From Pseudomonadota bacterium (GTDB lineage: Bacteria > Pseudomonadota > Alphaproteobacteria > UBA2136 > JAPKEQ01), in contig JAYZXF010000003.1 of assembly GCA_036141575.1 (NCBI GenBank), positions 166,598 to 230,597 on the forward strand: a stretch of 64,000 nucleotides of DNA, in the 5' to 3' direction. The notes under the pieces are model-generated. The model had not been told where the DNA came from. It did not search any database and saw only the letters and a program-made list of their open reading frames with translations. The position numbers and the translations under genes are program-made. This document shows, in pieces, positions 28,696 through 38,700 of this stretch. Numbering within the stretch: the first letter of the stretch is position 1; each line of letters begins with the position of its first letter.

Positions 28696-30897
28696 TTATT
28701 TCTTTAATGTCGTTTTGTTTTTACCAGACAGGCTCTTCAGCACGTCTTCTTTAGGCCCGTCCGCAAGAATACGACCATCTTCCATCACAATGACACGGTC
28801 CACAAGATCAAGCATTGTGTACTTGTGCGTCACAAGAACAACTGTCTTATCCTTAATCGCTTTCTTCAAATGGCCCAGAAGCTTCATTTCTGTACGGTTA
28901 TCCATTTCACTTGTTGGCTCATCAAGCAGAAGAATTGGAGGCTCTTTAAGAATTGCGCGCGCAAGAGAGACCGCCTGACGCTGACCACCAGACAAACTAT
29001 CACCACGTTCGCCCACTGGCATATCAAGGCCCATAGGGTGTTTGCTTGCAAATTCATTCACGCCACTCATTTCTACAGCGGCTTTCAGTTGCTCCTGAGT
29101 TGCATGCGGTGCGCTCAACATAATGTTATGGCGCAGCGTGCCACTAAATAGAATAATGTTTTGTGGCACGTAACCAATATTCTTACGTACTTCCACTGGG
29201 TCTACCTGACGAATCTCAAGATCATCAAACAGAATGCTCCCTTGCGTTGGGTTATAAAGGTTAAGCATCAGACGTAGGAGCGAACTCTTACCAGAACCTG
29301 TACGACCAATCACAGCCACCTTTTCACCCGGCTGAATCTTAAAGCTCATATCCTTCACACTCTCGAGTGGAGAGTTCGGGTAAACAAATGACACATCTTT
29401 AAACTCAACTTGGCCTGTTGCCTCGCCAAGGTAAACAAAGTTTTTACCATCTGGGCGTTCAACTTCCATATCCATAATGCCGTTCAATGTTTCAAGAGAC
29501 TGCATGGCTTGGTTATAGCGCGCATAAAGCGCAACAGCTTGGCTAAGTGGCGCCATTGTACGACCCGCAAGAAGTGTACAAGCCACAAGCGCACCCACAG
29601 ACATGTAACCGCCTTTAATCATAAACACACCAACAACCACAATACCGACTGTCACCATCTGCTGAATAAAGCCAGCAAAGTTTTGACCAATAGACGCAAG
29701 AAGACGCGTACGCTGACCAACACGAGCGACAGCACCAACTGATTGCTCCCAACGAGACTGCATCACACTCTGCATGTTCAGGCTTTTAATCGCTTCAAGG
29801 CCATTAATCGTCTCAACAAGGTGACCATGCTTTGCATCAAGGTCTTGCATCGCCTGTTGAATAATAGCCTTCATAGGAGACTGCACTGTAAAGCTTACAA
29901 ACAGAACAATTGGAATTGCAAATAAAGGAACTAGCGCGACCCAGCCACCAATAATGGCAATCACACCAATAAAGACAAAAATAAACGGTAGATCAATCAG
30001 CGTTGTGAGCGTTGCTGATGTAAAGAAATCTCTAAGAGATTCAAACTCACGCAGCTGGTTTGCAAAGGCACCACTTGATGAACCTTGCTTACCAAGACGA
30101 ATATTAAGAACTTGCTGATACAGTTGACCAGACAGTAAAATATCAGCCCCTCGCCCTGCTGTATCAATAAAGTAACCTCGCAGCACCTTTAATATAAAGT
30201 CAAACACGTAAGCTGTACCAATACCAAGCGCAAGAACAGTTAGTGTTTCCATTGCGTTGTTTGGTACCACGCGGTCATAAACGTTCATCACAAAGAGCGG
30301 TGAGACCACTGCAATTAAGTTAATCACCACAGCAGCAATGGCCACTTGGAAGTAAATCCAACGAAACTGCCAAAGCGTATCTCTAAACCAGCGTTCACCC
30401 GATCTAAATACGTCCGTCACAAAATCATGTACAGCTGTTGGGCGCGCCATAATCATTGTACCAGAGTACACAGGCGCAAAGTCTTCAAGGCTTGCAAAGC
30501 GCTTTTCTTCACCACTTACAGGGTTTACCAGTACAACACTACCGTGATCACCCATTTCTTTAAGCACAAACGCAGGGCCAACCTCGTCACCCTCACCCTT
30601 TAAGATCACAAGAGCTGGAAGCACATGACGTGAAAGCTCTTCAAGCTTTCTATCAATCACACGCGCGTTTAAACCAGCGCGCTTTGCAGCACGTACAAAC
30701 AAGAATGGCGTAAGCTTGTTATTTTGGAGAGGAAGTCCGACCGTGAGAGATTCCGCATTGAAAAGCTTATTATAATGCTTCACAAAATACATAAGTCCTG
30801 CCAGTAGATAATCTGGCGCTTGAACCTTTTCAGCTTCTTCTTGCTTCACATCAATAGAACCCAGAGCTTCTTGTTGCTCTAACGTAGCGTCTGTCAC
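28696..30897 (-). CDS. lapB: Type I secretion ABC transporter ATPase/permease with an N-terminal C39-like (Cys-less) domain
   Basis: The first ~150 aa have a peptidase-C39-like fold but no cysteine. Six-TM ABC domain, Walker A GRTGSGKSS, signature LSGGQRQ, Walker B ILLLDE. Length 733 aa. Confidence 0.9.
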   Translation of the reverse strand: MTDATLEQQEALGSIDVKQEEAEKVQAPDYLLAGLMYFVKHYNKLFNAESLTVGLPLQNNKLTPFLFVRAAKRAGLNARVIDRKLEELSRHVLPALVILKGEGDEVGPAFVLKEMGDHGSVVLVNPVSGEEKRFASLEDFAPVYSGTMIMARPTAVHDFVTDVFRSGERWFRDTLWQFRWIYFQVAIAAVVINLIAVVSPLFVMNVYDRVVPNNAMETLTVLALGIGTAYVFDFILKVLRGYFIDTAGRGADILLSGQLYQQVLNIRLGKQGSSSGAFANQLREFESLRDFFTSATLTTLIDLPFIFVFIGVIAIIGGWVALVPLFAIPIVLFVSFTVQSPMKAIIQQAMQDLDAKHGHLVETINGLEAIKSLNMQSVMQSRWEQSVGAVARVGQRTRLLASIGQNFAGFIQQMVTVGIVVVGVFMIKGGYMSVGALVACTLLAGRTMAPLSQAVALYARYNQAMQSLETLNGIMDMEVERPDGKNFVYLGEATGQVEFKDVSFVYPNSPLESVKDMSFKIQPGEKVAVIGRTGSGKSSLLRLMLNLYNPTQGSILFDDLEIRQVDPVEVRKNIGYVPQNIILFSGTLRHNIMLSAPHATQEQLKAAVEMSGVNEFASKHPMGLDMPVGERGDSLSGGQRQAVSLARAILKEPPILLLDEPTSEMDNRTEMKLLGHLKKAIKDKTVVLVTHKYTMLDLVDRVIVMEDGRILADGPKEDVLKSLSGKNKTTLKK

Positions 30898-31093
30898 GTG
30901 TCACCTAAACTTTTTTATTATTACTGGCTCATTATGACTCAACATATAAAAGAAGACCAGAAATTCATGACAGCTGCCCGTGACATAAGCATAAAACAAA
31001 CATAAAAGACACACTCTTAGATGTTAAGAACTGTATGGAATCTTTAAAAACACTTGTAAAGATTTAAGAGTTCCACTATTTAAGGCACAATAA

Positions 31094-31113
31094 GTTGTAG
31101 GTATTTATACAAC
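31094..31113. promoter_or_regulatory. Inverted repeat GTTGTA-N8-TACAAC upstream of the tolC RBS, in the divergent promoter region
   Basis: Perfect 6-bp arms in the lapB/tolC intergenic region. Confidence 0.25.
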
Positions 31114-31141
31114 TGCTTAAACGAGGTAAGAGAGAAAAAAA

Positions 31142-32467
31142 ATGAAATTTACAGTTAAAGCAATGCTTGCAGGTGCTGGTCTTATGATCATGAGCCCTGC
31201 TGGCTACACTGAAACTCTTGGCCAAGCTGTCCAGCTGGCTCTACAAAACCACCCAGATATTAAAATTGCAAAAAACCAGAAGCACTCTATTGAGCACGAA
31301 TGGCGCATTGCTAAAGCTGGCTACCTGCCAAGCCTAGACGTAGCAGCAGGCTACGGTGTTGAACGCAGCGAGAACAACACAACACGTAACCGTGCAGGCC
31401 GAAACGGTACAAATGGTGATGCACACCGTACACTGAACCGTTACGAGTCAAGCGTAACAGCGAGCCAAATGCTTTTTGATGGTTACGAAACAAGCAGCGA
31501 AATCTGCCAACAGAAAGAACGCTTCAACTCTGCACGTTACAACGTAATGGAAGTTGAAGAGACTGTTTCTCTTGCTGCTGTTGAAGCATACATTGAAGTT
31601 CTTCGTAACATGGAGCTTGTTGCTATCTCTAAAGATAACTACAACACGCACCTACGTTACCTGAAACAAATTAAACAACGCGCTGAAGGTGGCCGCGGTA
31701 ACATGGCAGACGTTCGTCAGGCCGACGGTCGTGTAGCTCTTATCCGTGCAAACCTACAAGCAGCTGAAGGTGACCTTGCTAACGCGAAGGCAAACTACCT
31801 AGAAGTTGTTGGTAAACTACCAGAAGGCGTGAGCCTGCCAACTCCTCCAGTTGAGGTTCTACCATCTACTATTGATGATGCAATCGCTCGCGCTATTGCA
31901 AACAACCCAGCTCTTGGTAGTGCACAGCACGACATTAAAGCAGCTAAAGCAGCGAAACAAACTGCTAAAGCAAGCTTCTACCCTCGTTTTGATGCTGAAC
32001 TAGAAGCATCACACGATCACAACCTAAGCGGCCAAAGCGAAAAAGGGACTGACCGTAACTACCAAGCCATGGTACGTATGCGTTACAACCTTTACAGCGG
32101 TGGTGCTGACCGTGCCCGTGTACGTGAGCGCGCAAGCCGTGTTCAAGAAGCCCGTGAATCTCTAGAAAGAGATCGCCGTCTCGTTGAAGAAGGCATGTAT
32201 GTTGCTTGGAACAACCTAGAAACAGCAAGAACGCGTATCCAACCACTTAGTCAACACGTGATGGCATCTGATGCAACACGTAAGGCTTACAGTGAGCAGT
32301 TTGATATTGGTCAGCGTAGCTTGCTTGACCTTCTCGACTCTGAGATTGAGTTCTACGGTGCACGTAGCGCACTTGTAAACGCTAAATACGCACTTGATTT
32401 TGCAGTGTACAACGTACTTGCACAATCAGGTGAGCTTGCTAACACTGTTGGTGGGCACCGCTCTTAA
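31142..32467 (+). CDS. lapE: TolC-family outer membrane channel of the T1SS
   Basis: Signal peptide, two OEP repeat halves. Length 441 aa. Transcribed divergently from the ABC/MFP operon. Confidence 0.85.
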   Translation: MKFTVKAMLAGAGLMIMSPAGYTETLGQAVQLALQNHPDIKIAKNQKHSIEHEWRIAKAGYLPSLDVAAGYGVERSENNTTRNRAGRNGTNGDAHRTLNRYESSVTASQMLFDGYETSSEICQQKERFNSARYNVMEVEETVSLAAVEAYIEVLRNMELVAISKDNYNTHLRYLKQIKQRAEGGRGNMADVRQADGRVALIRANLQAAEGDLANAKANYLEVVGKLPEGVSLPTPPVEVLPSTIDDAIARAIANNPALGSAQHDIKAAKAAKQTAKASFYPRFDAELEASHDHNLSGQSEKGTDRNYQAMVRMRYNLYSGGADRARVRERASRVQEARESLERDRRLVEEGMYVAWNNLETARTRIQPLSQHVMASDATRKAYSEQFDIGQRSLLDLLDSEIEFYGARSALVNAKYALDFAVYNVLAQSGELANTVGGHRS

Positions 32468-32486
32468 GCAGAGCATCTCTTACCTC

Positions 32487-32514
32487 AAAAAGGGCGGTTT
32501 ATCCGCCCTTTTTT
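32487..32514 (+). terminator. Rho-independent terminator after tolC
   Basis: aaaaagggcggTTTATccgccctttttt. Confidence 0.7.
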
Positions 32515-32749
32515 CTATGCCCTTAAATTGTCTACAATTTTTGTCAGTTAGATTGTCAGAGAAAATTATTTACCCACCCCACAAATATGTAGGGTGTGAT
32601 GAAGACGGTGGATTCACGGAAAAAATTATATTATTCAACGTTTTTATTTGTATACGGGACTTGAAATCTGTACAAATGCGCCTACATCATTTATACCGCC
32701 TTAAAACTTTGGCGGATAATGACAGTATTTTTTTGAGGAGGCCAATACA

Positions 32750-35700
32750 ATGTCAACGACACAAAACCAAGAGAATCAAGCGCTTGAAACAACTGAAACA
32801 GGCACAAAGCTCTTTGCCGGACTACCTGAAGAACAGGCTGCTGCGCAGACGAAAAATGTTCTGACAGTTTCTGCTCCGAAAGGAAACTCTAGCGAAGCAT
32901 ACACTGTTGAACCAGGCGATGTCATTAAACTGACAGGTTTTAATCCATCTGATGCAACTTTCAAAGTTGACGGTAACAACCTGATCATCTCTGTAGAGGG
33001 GCAACCTGATATTTACCTTCTTGATTTTGCAAAGCTTCAAGGCACAGATGCTGGTAACACAACATTTATCGAACTTACTGAAGGCGCAACAGTTGATGCA
33101 AACAGCCTCCTTGCACAGTTGACGCCAGAAGCTACAAACGGCAACGGTACTCAAGTGGCAGCCTCAGATGAAAACATTAACGAGATTGAGCCGGCAGCCG
33201 GTCCAGCCGCTGGTGCTGCTGGTGGTGCAGGTTTCACCCCTCCTCCAGTTGCAAATGATTCTTTCTCTGCCAATACAGTTAACGCCGAAGTGATCGGCGA
33301 TTTCCTCGTTGATAGCGAGTTTGGCCAAGCTGATGAACGCCTACTAGAAACACCTAACCGTGCTCCAGATGCTGTGGATGACAACGGCGGTAACGCTGAA
33401 GGTGATGCACACACAGTTAAAGAAGATGCTGTACCAAACACAGTTTCAGGCAACGTACTTGCCAACGATACAGACCCAGATGGTGATACGCTGAGTGTAG
33501 CAAACCCAGGGACTTACACACTGAACTACGGTACACTTACAATTAACGTAGACGGTACGTACACATACGCCCTAGACAACAGCAACCCAACTGTAAACGC
33601 TCTAGATGATGGTGACACGCTCACAGATTCATTTACATACCGCGCAACAGATGGTCAGCTTCAGTCTCCAGCAAACCTAAACATTCGTATCCTAGGTACA
33701 AATGATGGTCCTGAGCTAAACAATGATGTAGACCCTAACGACAATAGTCTTTCTATTAAAGAAGATGCAGTACCAAACTTCACATCTGGTAACGTACTTG
33801 ATAACGACGTTGACCCAGATGGCGATGTGCTCACGGTTGTAAACCCAGGCACGTACACCCTGAACTACGGTACACTTGTGATTAATGCTGACGGTACATA
33901 CACGTACACACTCGATAACAGCAACCCAACTGTAGACGCCCTAGACAACGGCGATACACTATCAGATAGCTTCACATATGAAGCGACTGATGGCGACCTG
34001 AACGATACAGCGGTTCTAACAATCACAATTCACGGTACAAATGACGCTCCTGCTCTTCAAGATGACGTAAACAGCATTTTTGAAAACGCAACACCTGACA
34101 CAGTAACAGGTAACGTACTTGCGAACGATACAGATGTTGAAGGTGATGCAATCACTGTTTCAAACCCTGGTATCTATGTTCTTAACTACGGTACACTTAC
34201 ACTGAATGGTGACGGCTCATACTCATACCAGCTTGATAACAGCAACCCTACTGTGAACAACATGAAAGCTGGCGATAGCATTCAAGATGCCTTCATTTAC
34301 CGCGCTACTGATGGTAAGGATAGCTCAACAGCGAATCTAACAATCACAATTCACGGCACAAATGACGGCCCAGTTGCAAACGATGATGTTGCAGCAACAG
34401 ACGAAGATACGCCGATTACAATTCCAGCAAGCACAATCCTTGCGAACGACTACGAGCTTGAAGGTGACACATTTAACATTACTGCTGTGAATGTAAGGTT
34501 TGGTGGCGGTACAGCCGTACTGAACGCAGATGGTAGCGTAACATACACACCACTGCATAACTATAACGGCCCTGCTCAGTTGGAATATACAATTACAGAT
34601 ACTGATGGCCTATCGGATACTGCCGTGATTGATATCAATGTGATTTCAATTAACGATGTACCGCTAGCAGAAGATGACAGCGCTGTGACTCATGAAGATG
34701 TGCCTGTACGCATTTCTAACGCTGAAATTCTGCGTAATGACTCTGACCCTGAAGGTGACGCACTCACAATTACAACGGTTCGCGTTGTATCTGGTGGTGG
34801 TAGTGCTATTCTTCAACCCAACGGTGACGTGGTTTACACACCTGCGCTAAACTACAATGGCCCTGCGGTTCTTGAGTACGTAGTAACGGATGGAAACGGC
34901 GACTTTGATAGTGCCTTCATTAACATTGATGTCCTTCCTGTAAACGATGCAATTTCAGCACTTGATGACTACGCTGAAACACCAGAAGACACTCCGATCA
35001 CAATTCCTTCAGATAATATTCTTGCGAACGATTACGATCCTGAAGGTGACCCGCTTACAATTACAGCAGTGAGCGTTGTATCAGGCGGAGGTAGTGTTAC
35101 CCTTAACGCTGACGGCAGTGTAACGTACACGCCAGCGCCAAACTACAGCGGCCCTGCGGTTCTTGAGTACACAGTTGATGACGGCAATGGCAGTACAGAT
35201 ACTGCTTTGATCAACATCACAGTTACACCAGAGAATGATCCAGATGCAGTTGATGACTTCGCAACAACACGAGAAGACACAACAATTGTAATCCCGAATG
35301 CAACAATCCTTGCAAACGATGTGGATGATATGGGTCTTGCTCTTACAATTACAGAAGTACGCCTTGTAAGCGGCGGCGGTAGCGTAACGCTACTCGCAAA
35401 CGGTGATGTATCTTACACACCAGCGCCAAACTACAATGGCCCAGTTGTTCTTGAGTACACAATTCAAGATCCAAACGGTAACGAAGACAGTGCAAACATC
35501 TACATTGCAGTCACACCTGTGAACGACGGCCCTGTTGCTGTTGATGACTTTGCTGTGATGAATGAAGATTCTGTTCTTGTCATTCCAGAAGGCACCCTAC
35601 TGGCCAATGATACTGACCCAGAGGGCGACCCTCTTACAGTAACTCATGTCACTGTTGTAAGCGGTGGCGGCACAGCGACTGTAGATGCTTCAGGTAACGT

Positions 35701-38700
35701 AACATACGTACCAGCCCTCAACTACAACGGCCCTGTTGTTCTTGAATACACAATTAACGACGGCAACGGCGGTACTGATACTGCGCTTGTTAACATTGAC
35801 GTTCTGCCTGTAAACGATGCGCCAGTGGCAAACGATGACGCTGCAGCAACAGATGAAGACACGCCAATCACGATTTCAAACGCTGATATCCTATCAAATG
35901 ACTTTGATGTAGATGGCGATGTGATCACAATTACTGGCGTACGCATGGTAACAGGCCAAGGTACAGCGGTACTCAACGCAGACGGTAGCGTAACTTACAC
36001 GCCTACTGCCAATTACCACGGCCCTGCTGAAATTGAGTACACAATTGAAGATGAGCACGGTGCAACGGATACAGCAATTATCCGCGTAACAGTAAGATCT
36101 GTAAATGATGGTCCACAGGCAAACGATGATGCCTTCACAACGCCAGAAGATACAGCAATTACAATGACATCTGCTCAGATCCTATCAAACGATACGGACC
36201 CTGAAGGCGATCCTCTATCAATCACAAGCGTGATTGTAGTAAGCGGTGGCGGTACAGCGGTACTGAATGCTGATGGTAGCGTAACGTACACACCAGCGGC
36301 TGACTACAACGGCCCTGCGGTTCTTGAGTACGTTATGACTGATGGCACAGCTTCTGATAGTGCCTTCATCAACATTAACGTAACGCCTGTTAATGATGCG
36401 CCTGATGCAAACGATGATAGCTTCACAACTGCTGAAGATACTGCACTGACAATTCCAGCTGCAAACATCCTTGCAAACGACACAGACCCAGATGGTGACA
36501 CACTCACAATTACTGGCGTAAGCGTTCTTTCAGGTGGTGGTACAGCGGTACTAAACGCTGATGGTAGCGTAACTTACACGCCAGCAGCTGATTACCACGG
36601 CCCTGCGGTTCTTGAGTACAGCATCTCTGATGGTAACGGTGGTACAGATACAGCACGTATCAATATCACAGTAACGCCTGAGAACGACCCTGATGCAGTT
36701 GATGACTTCACTAGCACTAATGAAGACACAACTGTAATCATCCCGAACGCAACAATCCTTGCGAACGATGTGGATGACATGGGCATGACACTCACAATTA
36801 CCAATGTACGCGTTGTAAGCGGCGGCGGTACAGTACAGCTCCTAGCAAACGGTGATGTATCTTACACCCCTGCTCAAGGTTACAACGGCTCAGCAACGCT
36901 TGAGTACACAATCACAGACCCGGATGGCAACACTGATAGTGCAAACATCTTTGTGGCAATCAACCCTGTGAACGATGGCCCAACAGCTGTAAACGACGTA
37001 GCAGTCATGAACGAAGACACTGTTCTTGTGATTCCTGAAGGCACACTGCTTGCTAATGACAGTGACCCTGACGGTGACCCACTGAACGTAACAGGTGTAA
37101 CTGTTGTAAGCGGTGGCGGTACAGCAACAATTGATTCTGCAGGTAACGTAACGTACGTACCAGCCCTCAACTACAACGGTCCAGTTGTCCTTGAGTACAG
37201 CATCTCTGATGGTAACGGCGGTACAGATACGGCGCTTGTCAACATTACTGTAAACCCAGTCAATGATGATCCAAACGCTCGTAACGATAACTACACAACT
37301 GCCGAAGACACATCTGTTGGCCTAGACCTTCTAGCGAACGATACAGATGTAGATGGTGACACACTAACAATTACACACATTGCTGGTGTAGCCCTAACAG
37401 GTGGCGCTCAGTCAATTGATGTAGGTAACGGTCGCGTAGAAATTGCTGCAAACGGTTCTATGCGCTTCCACCCTGATGCAAACTGGAACGGTACTGAAAC
37501 ATTCAACTACCAAGTTTCAGATGGTAACGGTGGTACAGACACTGCAACAGTTCGTGTAAACGTAGACGCTCGTAACGATGGCCCTGATGCCCGTAACGAT
37601 AACTACACAACAAACGAAGATACGTCAGTGAACCTGAACCTTCTGGCAAACGATACTGACCCAGATGGCGATACGCTCACAATTACACATATTGATGGTG
37701 TAGCCCTAACAGGTAACGCGCAAACAATTGATGTGGGTAACGGTCGCGTAATCATTGCGTCTAACGGCACAATGCGCTTCCAACCGGATGCCAGCTGGAA
37801 TGGAACTGAGGCCTTCAGCTACCAGATCTCTGATGGCAACGGTGGCAGCGATACTGCAACTGTACGTGTAACAGTGAGAGCTGTAAACGACGGTCCAGAT
37901 GCTCGCAACGATAACTACACAACAGATGAAGATGTCTCAGTGAACCTGAACCTTCTGGCAAATGATACTGACCCTGAAGGCGACACACTCCGCATCACGC
38001 ACATTGATGGCACAGCCCTAACAGGTAATGCACAAACAATTGATGTGGGTAATGGCCGTGTCATTATCTCATCAACAGGTGCTATGCGCTTTGAGCCAGA
38101 TGCTAACTGGAATGGTATTGAAACATTCAACTACACAATTACAGACGGTAATGGTGGCACAGACACTGCCCGCGTAACTGTTGAAGTATGTGCAGTAAAC
38201 GACGGCCCAGATGCTCGCAACGATAACTACACAACAGATGAAGACACTGCGGTGAATATCAATCTGCTTGCGAACGACACAGATATCGATGGCGATACAC
38301 TCCGCATCACACATATTGCTGGCACAGCCCTAACTGGCGGCGCACAAACAATTGATGTGGGTAACGGTCGTGTCATTATCTCGTCAACGGGTGCTATGCG
38401 CTTCCAACCGGATAACGGCTGGTTTGGTACTGAAACATTCAACTACCGCATTACAGATGGTAACGGTGGCTCTGATACAGCAACAGTAAGAGTTGTTGTA
38501 CGCGAAGGCAACAACGGCCCTGATGCGAAGAATGATAGCTACACAACAAACGAAGATACGTCAGTAAACCTGAACCTTCTAGCGAATGATACTGACCCTG
38601 ACGGCGATACGCTTCGTATCACTCATATTGAAGGTGTAAGACTCACAGGCAGTGCACAAACAATTGATGTGGGTAACGGTCGTGTCATCATTACTTCTGC

